A stretch of DNA of 64,000 nucleotides from an uncultured candidate division Zixibacteria bacterium (GTDB lineage Bacteria; Zixibacteria; MSB-5A5; UBA10806): positions 167,885-231,884 of the forward strand of contig CAWDFP010000007.1 of NCBI GenBank assembly GCA_963801605.1, given 5' to 3'. Made by a program: the position numbers and the translations under genes. This document shows positions 21,643 through 32,109 of this stretch, piece after piece. The notes beneath the pieces are model-generated. The model was not told where the DNA came from. It saw nothing but the letters and a program-made list of their open reading frames with translations, and searched no databases. Every line of letters starts with the position of its first letter. Position 1 is the first letter of the stretch.

Positions 21643-23311
21643 GGTATAAGATGGATAAATCAAAAAAGGGGCAATCGGAATCTTTCGCCAGGTGGCAAAA
21701 GGAATTTGAAGGATCATCCCCGGATAAAAATAAAAAATTCATGACGGTATCATCAAAACCGATTAAGCCGTTATATACACCCGACGATATTTCCAAAAAC
21801 GATTTCGATCGCGATATCGGTTACCCCGGCCAATATCCTTACACCGAGGAGTGCATGCCTCGATGTATCGCAGGAAAATGTGGACAATGCGGCAGTTTTC
21901 CGGATTCGGAGCGCCCCGGCAAACCAACGAACGCTATCATTTTCTGCTAAAGCAGGGTCAGATGGGCCTTTCGGTGGCGTTTGACCTTCCCACGCTGATG
22001 GGGTACGATTCCGATTCGAATCGAGCGGTTGGCGAGGTCGGTGTTTGCGGCGTGGCGGTCGATACTCTCAAAGATATGGAGATCATTTTCGATGGTATCG
22101 ATCTCTCCAAGATTTCAACATCGATGACAATCAACTGCACATCGACGATTGCGCTGGCAATGTATATCGTGGTTGGAGAAAAGCAGAAGGTAGCATCGCA
22201 AAAACTCACAGGCACGCTTCAGAACGATATCTTAAAAGAATACATCGCTCAAAAGGAATGGATATACCCGCCGGAACCGTCGATAAGACTCATTACCGAC
22301 ATGATGGCTTTCTGCGCCGCGCACGTTCCCAAATGGAATACGATTTCGATTTCCGGTTATCATATCCGTGAGGCTGGAGCTACGGCGGCTCAGGAATTGG
22401 CTTTCACTCTGGCTGATGGTTTCGCTTATGTTGAGGCGGCTATCAAGACTGGTATGGATGTCGATACTTTTGCCCCGAGGTTGTCATTTTTCTTCAACTC
22501 TCATCTCGATTTTTTCGAGGAGATAGCCAAGTACCGAGCCGCCAGACGAATCTGGGCCCGCCACATGAAAGAACGATATAAAGCCAAAGATGAACGTTCC
22601 TGGCTGATGAGATTTCACACTCAAACTGCGGGTTGCTCTCTTACCGCCCAACAACCGGAAAATAATATCATGCGCACCGCATTTCAGGCACTGGCCGGTG
22701 TTTTGGGCGGCACGCAATCGCTGCATACCAATTCGATGGACGAAACCTATGCTCTTCCCACCGAACATGCAGTCAAACTGGCGCTGCGGACTCAGCAATT
22801 GATCGCTTATGAGACGGGTGTGGCAAATACCATTGACCCCTTGGCAGGTTCTTATTTTGTAGAGGCACTAACCAACGAGCTCGAAGCCGAAGCCGAGAGA
22901 TATTTTGACGAGATCGAAAAGCGCGGCGGGGTGCTCAAATGTATCGACCAGGGATATTTCCAGCGAGAAATCGCCGATGCCGCCTACAAGTATCAGAAAG
23001 AAATCGAGAAAAAGGAACGGATAATTGTAGGCGTTAACGAATTTGTCGAGGAAAAAGCGGCGGAGATACCGATATTAAAAATCGATCAACAGGTGGAGGT
23101 CGATCAGATCGCGGCTCTTAAGAAAATCAAAGAAAATCGTGATAATGACCGCGTAAAAACAACTCTATCGGCGCTCAAGAAAGCTGCAGAGGCCGGTGAG
23201 AATCATATGCCGCCGCTTCTCGATTGTATCCGCTGTTATACGACCGAAGAAGAAATCACTACAGTTCTGGCCAATGTCTTTGGCACCTATACCGAACCTC
23301 CTCTTATTTAG
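21639..23311 (+). CDS. Methylmalonyl-CoA mutase, catalytic (large) subunit, frameshifted near 21845 (CC run)
   Basis: 'GYPGQYPYT' in ORF 21639..21950 continues as '[22 protein letters not shown]...[10 protein letters not shown]' in ORF 21851..23311 (one C missing). No B12 domain is fused to it, so this is a split-type MCM. Confidence 0.8.
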
Positions 23312-23539
23312 GTCAGTTCAAGATTAATCCTAACGCCGGAAATAATTTATTCCGGCGTTTTATTATATCAAAAAAAAGGATAATCCCGCGTGAGACTTTC
23401 AGCATCATATATTCAAGCGGGACTACATGGCATCCCGTATCTTTATTATTATGAACATCTTACGCCTTAAAAGTAACGTATTGGTATTTTCAATTCAAAA
23501 TTCTTGACAAGAATGCGTTTGACGTTATATTATTTTCGT

Positions 23540-23974
23540 ATGAAAGTTAAGATTGCCCTTACGATTCTGCTAAGCCTGGTTGTACTGATTAGCTGCTCAC
23601 ATAACAAAGTTAATAATTCGACCCCCAATCAACCGCCGGTTCCCCAGGGGGGACGCGTTTCCATTCTCAACAACAGTGATGTATCTATCAGGATTGCCGG
23701 CTATACTCAGCAGAGGGGCAGTCAAATACAACAAGTTCAGCTTTGGGTGCATATCTTCCCAAACCAGGATTTTATTTTACATAATATTATTGATCCCGGT
23801 CAAAGCCAGATCTTTCCCGGCGGAGATAAATTGACCGTGGTTTACGTTGCTGACGAGCGCGATCCCAATAACCCGGGACAACCGTTGTTCCAGCAAACAG
23901 TGGTACTCACAGTCGACGGCAATTTGCTTATTCATGTCAAAAATGGCGGCCTGTACGGAATAATGCCGGGCTGA
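23540..23974 (+). CDS. Hypothetical lipoprotein
   Basis: Signal and lipobox 'MKVKIALTILLSLVVLISCS'; no recognisable domain. It sits between the mutase large and small subunits. Confidence 0.5.
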   Translation: MKVKIALTILLSLVVLISCSHNKVNNSTPNQPPVPQGGRVSILNNSDVSIRIAGYTQQRGSQIQQVQLWVHIFPNQDFILHNIIDPGQSQIFPGGDKLTVVYVADERDPNNPGQPLFQQTVVLTVDGNLLIHVKNGGLYGIMPG

Positions 23975-24169
23975 TTTCTATTCTCCTTAACAAATTAATA
24001 TTTCCCATATTTAATTATAATCGATTTTGTATTGCGGCTGTTTGCCACGGCGGCTAATTTTTAAGCTTGTTTTTACGGCGTCCATATTGCAAATTAGAAT
24101 ACGAACTGTTATATTTCAGTTTTGATGGTTTTAAATTATTAGTCTAAATCGATAAACGAGGGATAGTTT

Positions 24170-24589
24170 ATGGAAAGTAAATTTCGGATACTGGTTGCCA
24201 AACCCGGGCTGGATGGCCATGATCGGGGAATTAAGGTCATCGCCGCCGCTCTTCGCGACGCCGGTTTCGAGGTAATCTACACCGGATTACGCCAGACTCC
24301 GGAGCAAATCGTTTCCGCCGCTATCCAGGAGGATGTCGATGCCGTCGGGCTTTCGATCCTGTCGGGTGCGCATATGACCCTCTTCCCGATGGTTCTGGAT
24401 GGCCTGCGGAAAAAAGGTGCGGACCATATTCTGCTTTTCGGCGGAGGTATTATCGCCGACAGCGAAATCAAGGAGCTCAAAAATATGGGTGTCGGCGAAA
24501 TTTTTACTCCGGGAGCATCGACTCAGGATATCGTGGAATATCTCAACAAAACGCTGCCTCAGATTAAAAAAGATGAAAAAATATTATAA
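24170..24589 (+). CDS. Methylmalonyl-CoA mutase B12-binding (small) subunit
   Basis: Cobalamin-binding 'DxHxxG' motif 'GLDGHDRG' and 'ILLFGGGII'; 139 aa. Confidence 0.8.
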   Translation: MESKFRILVAKPGLDGHDRGIKVIAAALRDAGFEVIYTGLRQTPEQIVSAAIQEDVDAVGLSILSGAHMTLFPMVLDGLRKKGADHILLFGGGIIADSEIKELKNMGVGEIFTPGASTQDIVEYLNKTLPQIKKDEKIL

Positions 24590-24620
24590 GATATAAACAT
24601 CACAATTAAAGAGAGGGATT

Positions 24621-25799
24621 ATGTTTCGATACAATATCGACGATAGACAACAGGCTATTAGAGACCGAGTAACAGCTTTCGCAAAACTACATATCGAGCC
24701 GTTTTCCAAGGAACTCGATCACCGCAACGACCCGGATCGTTTTGCCATGGATATCTATCAGGCGCTGGCCAAGGAGGGTTTTACCGCCCTCAGGATGCCC
24801 AAGGAGATTGGCGGCGGCGGTGTTTCGTCTATCGAATATACGACTCTTATTGAAGAGCTTTGTTATCATGACGCCGCGGTTTGTTTGCTTGATGCCGTTA
24901 CCGAATTGGCAACCTATCCCATTTATACATTCGGAAATGATGAACAGAAGCGTAAATATGTGCCCAAATGCGCCTCGGGTGAGCTGCTTCCCGCTTTCGT
25001 TCTAACTGAGCCCGCCGCCGGTTCTGACGCGGTCAATCAAAAGACCACCGCTGTACTGGATGGCGATCATTATGTAATTAACGGCGAGAAGATTTTCATC
25101 ATGCACGGCGACGTGGCCGACTTATTCGTTTTGTTTGTTAAGATGGGCAGCGATGGTGATGACGATAAGGCCTCGCGCAAGATTTCGGCAATTTTGGTCG
25201 AAGCCAAACAAAATGGCAAATATATCCCCGGAGTAAAGACAGCCACTCTCAAAAAGAAAATGGGCATGAGAGCCGCCACCACCGGCCGTATCTGGCTGGA
25301 AAATGTGCGGGTCCCCAAAGCGAATCTGCTGGGCGAAGTCGGCAAAGGCTTCAAGATTGCCATGAACACTCTCGATGGCGCCAGAATTGGTGTTGCCGCC
25401 CAGGGTCTTGGAATTGCCCAGAGAGCGCTGCAGGAATCGATCGATTATGCCAAGAAGAGAATTTGTTTCGGCCAGCCAATCGGTAAATTCCAGGCTATTC
25501 AATGGATGATCGCCGATATGGCCACTCAGATCGAGGCCGCCCGCATGATGACTTACAAGGTATCTATGATGCAGGATAAGGGCGAGAAATTCACTATCGA
25601 GGCTGCCCAGGCTAAGCTGTTCTCCACCGAAACTGCCAAGTTCTGTGTCGACCGTGCCATGCAGATTCACGGCGGATACGGTTATATCGGCGAGTTTTCA
25701 CCAATAGAGAAACTCTATCGGGATCAGCGAATCATGGAAATCTACGAGGGAACATCGGAAATACAAAGATTAGTTATCTCAGGTAGTTACTTGAGATAG
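24621..25799 (+). CDS. Acyl-CoA dehydrogenase
   Basis: 'LTEPAAGSDA' and C-terminal 'QIHGGYGY...YRDQRIMEIYEGTSEIQRLVI'; 392 aa. Confidence 0.85.
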   Translation: MFRYNIDDRQQAIRDRVTAFAKLHIEPFSKELDHRNDPDRFAMDIYQALAKEGFTALRMPKEIGGGGVSSIEYTTLIEELCYHDAAVCLLDAVTELATYPIYTFGNDEQKRKYVPKCASGELLPAFVLTEPAAGSDAVNQKTTAVLDGDHYVINGEKIFIMHGDVADLFVLFVKMGSDGDDDKASRKISAILVEAKQNGKYIPGVKTATLKKKMGMRAATTGRIWLENVRVPKANLLGEVGKGFKIAMNTLDGARIGVAAQGLGIAQRALQESIDYAKKRICFGQPIGKFQAIQWMIADMATQIEAARMMTYKVSMMQDKGEKFTIEAAQAKLFSTETAKFCVDRAMQIHGGYGYIGEFSPIEKLYRDQRIMEIYEGTSEIQRLVISGSYLR

Positions 25800-25864
25800 C
25801 AGGCAAAAGCGGGGCCGGAAACGGCCCCGCAGTCATTTAGGACGTCTAAAGGGGTAATTGCCTT

Positions 25865-26705
25865 ATGAAATTAGGCGATATTGAAACTTATTCGATATTG
25901 GAAAATTATTTTCATATCGATGGCGGGGCGATGTTCGGTGTCATCCCCAAAATTATCTGGAGCAAGCTATATCCATCGGATGATAAAAACCTGATCAGAC
26001 TGGATCTCAATCCGCTTCTAATAAAAACCGGTAAAGAGATAATTGTTGTCGATACCGGATTTGGTGACATTCTCAATGAACGCGAACAGAAGATGTATGC
26101 TCTTCCAGGTCCCACCAAATGGGACGAGGAACTAAACCGTCTGGGGCTAAAAGCTCGAGGATATTACTGCGGTCATTTTAACTCATGCTCATGCTGATCA
26201 TGCCATGGGCGCTCTGAGATTGGGAAAAGACGGTCGTCCGGAGCTTCGTTTCCCCAACGCAAGGATTTTTGTTCAAAAGGGCGAATGGCATGATGCCATG
26301 AATCCCAACGAGCGCACCGCCGCAACATACCTGGTTCATAATCTGAGAGTAATAGAGGATTCCGGAAAGCTTGAACTCCTTGACGGTGATACCGGCCTTT
26401 TCCCCGGCGTATCGGTGATGGTAACCGGCGGCCATACTCCCTATTCGCAGGCTATAATAGTCGATGGCGGCGGCGAGCGTATAATCTATCCGGCCGATAT
26501 CATGCCATCATCGGCGCATATCAGGGTCCCCTATGTGGCGGCGGTCGATCTCGATCCAAATACAACTATGGCGCGAAAACGATGGCTCAACGAGAAAATG
26601 CTCAAAGAGGATTGGATAATAGCGTTCGATCACGATCTCAATTTCAAATTCGCCAAATTCAAAGCGGACGAAAAGGGAAAAATCGAACCGATTAAGGTTG
26701 GGTAA
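25865..26705 (+). CDS. MBL-fold metallo-hydrolase, frameshifted near 26158
   Basis: 'IIVVDTGFGD' in ORF 25865..26197; the 'EDITAVILTHAHADHAMGA' motif spans the junction with ORF 26205..26705. Confidence 0.75.
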
Positions 26706-26745
26706 ATCAACTTTAATCGAGACCTCATAATAGCGGAGACTGCCA

Positions 26746-28296
26746 TTGAATCTCGAAGAAAAGCTAAAACAGTTGCAGGAAATGCGTCGGACCGCCAAAC
26801 TTGGCGGTGGCCAAAAACGTATCGACGATCAACATAAAAAGGGAAAGCTGACCGCCCGCGAAAGGCTTGAACTTCTGCTCGATGATAACTCCTTTGAAGA
26901 GTTCGATATGTTTGTCACCCATCGTACCAAGGAGTTCGGACTCGAAAAGGAAAAGTATCTTGGTGATGGCGTCATCACCGGATATGGCACCATCGATGGC
27001 CGGTTGGTGTTTGTCTTTTCGCAGGATTTTACCGTTTTTGGAGGTACTCTATCCGAGGCATTTGCCGAGAAGATATGCAAGATCATGGATATGGCGATGA
27101 AAGTCGGCGCCCCGGTTATCGGCCTGAATGACTCCGGCGGAGCGCGTATCCAGGAAGGTGTGGTTTCGCTCGGAGGATACGCCAATATCTTTTTGCGCAA
27201 TACGCTGGCTTCGGGGGTGATCCCGCAGATTTCGGTAATACTGGGACCATGTGCCGGAGGAGCGGTTTATTCACCGGCAATCACCGATTTTATCTTCATG
27301 GTAAAAAACACCTCATTTATGTTTGTCACCGGCCCTAACGTGGTAAAGACCGTGACCCATGAAGAAGTGACTTTCGATGAACTTGGCGGCGCAGGCGTTC
27401 ATTCCAGCAGATCGGGCGTATCGCATTTTTCCTGCGAAAACGAAGCCGATGCTATACTAAAAGTTCGCAGTTTAATGGGGTTTATTCCGTCAAACAATCT
27501 CGATGATCCGCCGCAACTGGAAGCAACCGATCCCCTCGATAGAATCGATGAATCGCTTAATACCATAGTTCCCGAAAATCCCAATAAGCCTTATGATATT
27601 AAAGATGTTATCACCCGAGTGGTTGACAATGGCGAGTTTCTGGAGATTCATGCCGACTACGCCCTTAATATCGTTGTGGGATTTGCCAGGTTGGGCGGCA
27701 AGCCTATTGGGATTATCGCCAATCAGCCGGCGCATTTAGCGGGAGTGCTCGATATCGACAGTGCTATCAAAGGAGCCCGTTTTGTGCGTTTCTGCGATGC
27801 TTTCAATATCCCGCTGGTGACTTTCGAAGATGTACCCGGATTTCTGCCCGGAACGGCACAGGAACATGGCGGCATAATAAAACATGGCGCCAAGCTCCTT
27901 TTCGCATATTGCGAGGCAACCGTGCCCAAGCTGACTGTCATCACCCGCAAAGCCTACGGTGGGGCCTACGACGTTATGTCATCCAAGCATATCAGAGGTG
28001 ATATAAATTACGCCTGGCCGACCGCCGAGATTGCCGTGATGGGTCCCAAGGGAGCGGCTGAGATTATTTTCAAAAAGGAAATTGCCGATTCCCCAAATCC
28101 TGAGGCTGCCTTAAAGCAGAAGGAAGAGGAATACCGCAATTTGTTCGCCTCGCCTTTCAGCGCCGCCGAACGCGGATATATCGATGACGTCATTGAGCCA
28201 TCGACGACCAGGCCGCGCTTGATTCGCGCTCTTAAGATGCTCGGCACAAAGCGAGAACAGAATCCGCCTAAAAAGCATGGAAATATCCCATTATAA
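26746..28296 (+). CDS. Acyl-CoA carboxylase carboxyltransferase subunit (propionyl-CoA carboxylase beta / methylmalonyl-CoA decarboxylase alpha-like)
   Basis: '[22 protein letters not shown]', paired CoA-carboxyltransferase N- and C-domains; 516 aa. Confidence 0.8.
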   Translation: MNLEEKLKQLQEMRRTAKLGGGQKRIDDQHKKGKLTARERLELLLDDNSFEEFDMFVTHRTKEFGLEKEKYLGDGVITGYGTIDGRLVFVFSQDFTVFGGTLSEAFAEKICKIMDMAMKVGAPVIGLNDSGGARIQEGVVSLGGYANIFLRNTLASGVIPQISVILGPCAGGAVYSPAITDFIFMVKNTSFMFVTGPNVVKTVTHEEVTFDELGGAGVHSSRSGVSHFSCENEADAILKVRSLMGFIPSNNLDDPPQLEATDPLDRIDESLNTIVPENPNKPYDIKDVITRVVDNGEFLEIHADYALNIVVGFARLGGKPIGIIANQPAHLAGVLDIDSAIKGARFVRFCDAFNIPLVTFEDVPGFLPGTAQEHGGIIKHGAKLLFAYCEATVPKLTVITRKAYGGAYDVMSSKHIRGDINYAWPTAEIAVMGPKGAAEIIFKKEIADSPNPEAALKQKEEEYRNLFASPFSAAERGYIDDVIEPSTTRPRLIRALKMLGTKREQNPPKKHGNIPL

Positions 28297-28326
28297 ACGG
28301 ATTATTTGAGTTAAATCGGGGTAATT

Positions 28327-29217
28327 TTACTCTTTGTATTTATGTCTGAAGCTGGCAAGTTGCTTATGTGCCAGATAAGAGCTTCGAACCAGCGGTCCGG
28401 CCTCGATATATTCCATTCCCAGCGCTTCGCCCTTTTCCTTAATTGAGGCAAACCATTCCGGAGGGAAAAATGCCTCCACGGGCAAGTGCCATTGCGAAGG
28501 CCTGAGATATTGACCAATCGTCATTACCTGGCAACCGTGGTTTTTGGCATCGGAGATAACCTCGAGAACTTCATCCTCGGTTTCGCCCAAACCTACCATA
28601 ATGCCGGATTTGACAATTGTATTATTGCCCATTTCGCGGGACGCTTTAAGAATATCGAGGGAACGCTGATATTGAGCTTTGGGACGTACCGTTTGATAAA
28701 GCCGGGGCACAGTCTCCAGATTATGCGCCAGTACATCGGGCTTTGATTCGAGTATGCTTTTGAGAGCGCCTATATCTCCCATCAGGTCTGAAATTAGAAG
28801 CTCCACGCCGCAGGATGGAATTTGCGATTTGATAAGGCGGGTAGTATCTGCAAAAACAGAGGCGCCGCCATCGGAAAGATCGTCGCGCGTAACGGATGTA
28901 ATCACGGAGAATCTCAGATTCAATCTGACACAAGCCTCGGCCACACGGGATGGTTCATTGAGATCGCATTCCAACGGCTTTCCCTTTTTTACATTGCAAA
29001 AACGGCAATTGCGAGTGCAAATATCTCCCAATATTATAAAAGTCGCAGTTCTGGCGGAATAACACTCACTAATATTTGGACAGGTGGCCTCCTGGCAAAC
29101 CGTATGCAGATTGAGTTCCCCAATCAAGTTCTTAACCTCGCGATAGGTTTCGCCGAATACGGGTCTAATCTTAAGCCAGGCGGGTTTGCTTATCCCCTGT
29201 TTACCGGAAATATGCAT
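28327..29217 (-). CDS. lipA: Lipoyl synthase
   Basis: 'CPNISECY' and radical-SAM 'CTRNCRFC'; 296 aa. Confidence 0.85.
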   Translation of the reverse strand: MHISGKQGISKPAWLKIRPVFGETYREVKNLIGELNLHTVCQEATCPNISECYSARTATFIILGDICTRNCRFCNVKKGKPLECDLNEPSRVAEACVRLNLRFSVITSVTRDDLSDGGASVFADTTRLIKSQIPSCGVELLISDLMGDIGALKSILESKPDVLAHNLETVPRLYQTVRPKAQYQRSLDILKASREMGNNTIVKSGIMVGLGETEDEVLEVISDAKNHGCQVMTIGQYLRPSQWHLPVEAFFPPEWFASIKEKGEALGMEYIEAGPLVRSSYLAHKQLASFRHKYKE

Positions 29218-29225
29218 TAATTCCC

Positions 29226-30146
29226 CTAATCGTTCCAGGCTTCGATATATTTTCCGGCAGCAACAGCGGCAGTGGTGCCATCGCCGACAGCATTAGTAAC
29301 CTGCTTGACAAGCTGTTTGCGAACATCGCCAATGGCCCAAATGCCCTGTATGGATGTCGCCATGGTATCATCGGTAATGATATATCCCATGCTGTCTTTA
29401 CGGATAGCATCGCGGAAAATATTGGAGTTCGGTACAAAACCGATGAATGGGAAGACCGCTCCAACCGGAATATTGCGCTTTTCATTGGTTTTTACATTTT
29501 TAAGGGTGATCGATTGAACTTTATCGGGGCCGTTGATCTGTTCGATAACCGAATTCCAGATGAATTCAATCTTTTCATTTTTCATGGCACGCTCCTGGAC
29601 GAGCTTGGCCGCCCGCAATTCAGCGCGTCTATGGATTATATAAACCTTGCTTCCATATTTCGTTAGAAAGGAACCTTCCTCAACCGCGGAATCGCCGCCG
29701 CCGGCTACCGCGATTGGCAGCCCTTTGAAGAAAGCACCATCACAGATGGCGCAGTACGATACTCCCCTGCCAGCCAGCTCCAATTCCCCCGGTACGCCCA
29801 GCTTGCGCGGCTGACCGCCGGTAGCCACGATTACGGCTTTGGCACGGTATTCGGCATCGTCACCTTTAACAATCTTAAAACGTCCCTCGGTATAGATTTC
29901 GAGAACGTTATCATTGGCTATTTCAAGCCCAAATTTCCTGGCGTGATCTTCCATCTTTTTGGCAAGCTCCGCCCCACCGATAAGCTCGAAACCGGGGTAA
30001 TCCTCTACCCATTCCGTATTGGCAATCTGTCCGCCCGGAAGAAGTTTTTCAAGACAAAGTGTTTTTAATTCGGCTCTTGATGCATATAATCCGGCTGTAA
30101 GTCCGCCGGGACCTCCGCCTACTATTACGATGTCGTAATCCAGCAT
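29226..30146 (-). CDS. trxB: Thioredoxin-disulfide reductase
   Basis: 'YDIVIVGGGPGG', redox-active 'CAICDG', second GxGxxA 'VAGGGDSA'; 306 aa. Confidence 0.85.
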   Translation of the reverse strand: MLDYDIVIVGGGPGGLTAGLYASRAELKTLCLEKLLPGGQIANTEWVEDYPGFELIGGAELAKKMEDHARKFGLEIANDNVLEIYTEGRFKIVKGDDAEYRAKAVIVATGGQPRKLGVPGELELAGRGVSYCAICDGAFFKGLPIAVAGGGDSAVEEGSFLTKYGSKVYIIHRRAELRAAKLVQERAMKNEKIEFIWNSVIEQINGPDKVQSITLKNVKTNEKRNIPVGAVFPFIGFVPNSNIFRDAIRKDSMGYIITDDTMATSIQGIWAIGDVRKQLVKQVTNAVGDGTTAAVAAGKYIEAWND

Positions 30147-30157
30147 TAATCTCTCCT

Positions 30158-30703
30158 CTAAAAATCTATCCCTTTTTGGGCCATTATTCCCTTTTGATAA
30201 GGATGTTTTATTTCGCGCATTTCCGTGACCAGATCGGCCCTTTCAATCAGGTCCGGATGAGCATTGCGGCCCGTCAAAACTAAATCTAAAAGCTCCGGTT
30301 TACAGTCTATAAGGCTAAAGATATCTTCAATTTTAATAAGATTTAAGCTAACCGCCACATTTATTTCATCGAGAATAACGATATCATATTTCCCGGAAAC
30401 TATTTTCTCTCTGGCAAACGCCACGGCCTCACCGGCGGCCTTGATATGCTCGGAACGATCCAGTTTATCATCAATGATTCCCACAAATCCAAGGCCTTTT
30501 TGGTAGAGTTCAACATTTGGGGCCAGTCTTTTGATGCCGTCAAGCTCGCCATATTTCCAGCTTCCTTTAATGAACTGGATTATGCAGACCTTTTCGTCAT
30601 ATCCCACCGCACGGATACAAAGGCCAAGCGCGGCTGTAGTTTTCCCTTTGCCGTTGCCGGTGTAAACTATCACCAGTCCTTTATCGTCGAAAATTTTCTC
30701 CAT
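30158..30703 (-). CDS. cobO: Cob(I)yrinic acid a,c-diamide adenosyltransferase (CobO/BtuR)
   Basis: 'VIVYTGNGKGKTTAALG' P-loop typical of CobA/CobO; 181 aa. Confidence 0.75.
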   Translation of the reverse strand: MEKIFDDKGLVIVYTGNGKGKTTAALGLCIRAVGYDEKVCIIQFIKGSWKYGELDGIKRLAPNVELYQKGLGFVGIIDDKLDRSEHIKAAGEAVAFAREKIVSGKYDIVILDEINVAVSLNLIKIEDIFSLIDCKPELLDLVLTGRNAHPDLIERADLVTEMREIKHPYQKGIMAQKGIDF

Positions 30704-30880
30704 GAGCCTTTCTTAACGCCGGGTTCAAAAAATGAACTCAATTTCAATAACTATTATAATATATCAATCAGTTTCATGCTATACAAGCATTTATGCCATT
30801 GGAAAGTCAATGAGATAAAAAAAACGAGAATATGGATTTTTCTTATAAGTGTTATCAATTCAACAAGATGAATTTGGATA

Positions 30881-31997
30881 TCACTTTATATAAGTAATTA
30901 TTCTGGATGAAAGCTGATGCGGCCCTTTAAGTCTAACAAGATAGGTTCCTGATGCCACTTTCTCGTTTCGCTGGTCGCTGCCATCCCATGAGATTACGTA
31001 ATTGCTGGGTTCAAGCTGCCCGCTTTTCAATACATGGATACGCCGTCCCAGAATATTCTATATCCCCAGTTCGATTTCCTGAGCCCTTCCCTCGACCGTA
31101 AATGCGATGTTCGTCCAACCATTAAACGGATTGGGATATACCTTATCGATCTTCACTTTAACAGGCAGGACATTTCCGTCCGGAATACTGGCAACTTGCT
31201 GACTTTGTTTCAAAATCCAATAATCCGGATCCACCACCAGCGTATTCGGTTGGCTGGATACCGCAAAGTCGTAGCTCTGAACATACTGATTATTTAGAAC
31301 CACAAAATCGTGGTTTCCGCTATGTGGAAATCGGATAATCGTTGACCCAGTGATACGTAAGCGTTTGTTTCTGAGTATCAGGCACTACTTCCGCCAGGTA
31401 ACCGTTTGATCCAACTTTATTATCATCAGGGACCGTGGCGTAAATTTCGGACGTGGCTTTGTCCCAGGGCTCGTCATAACAAGGAAACCACCAGCGTGCG
31501 TCCTGAGGCTCGGCCATCGTGTAACTATTCCAGGGATAATAAAAGAATCCTCGTCCAGTGACTGTATCATGATAACAAATTCTCACCGACAAGGTTTCTT
31601 GAGATAAGCGAGGCCGGTCGAAATTGATGACTATCGAGGTATCATCTCTGGAAAACGAGGCGAGCGTTGTACCAAAAAATACGGAATCGGCCGCTAACTT
31701 AACCATGTGAAGCCTGATAGCTGAAAGGCCGCCAGATACAACCTTAAAACTCAATGTCATTGAACCCGAAAAATAAATCGGCGGACCACCGAAATTTAGA
31801 TCCAGACGATAGTGTAAAGCATCAAAACTATGAACGGAATCGAACAGCGCCTCGGAGGGATTGCTGAACCTATCTGATATGAAGAATTTGCCGTCCTGGA
31901 GTGTACCCGGCCAGTTGAATGGTTGTCCAGCCCAGGCGCAAATTGAGATATATAATAAAATAGTTATTAATAATATTAATGTTAGCCTGTTCTTCAT
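30881..31997 (-). pseudogene. Secreted hypothetical protein with T9SS C-terminal sorting domain; frameshift near 31310 and an in-frame TAG at 31058-31060
   Basis: Signal peptide 'MKNRLTLILLITILLYISICA'; the CTD 'VYPNPFNGWTNIAFTVEGRAQEIELGI' reads through the TAG as '*NILGRRIHVLKSGQLEPSNYVISWDGSD...ASGTYLVRLKG', which is a canonical T9SS CTD. Confidence 0.6.
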
Positions 31998-32109
31998 GAC
32001 ATCAAAGATAATATTTTTAATTAGCCCCTAATGCAAGAGAATATCTATAAAATAGTAATGGCGCCAGATATACACCCGGCGCCATTAAAATATTCCCTTA
32101 CTATTTCAT

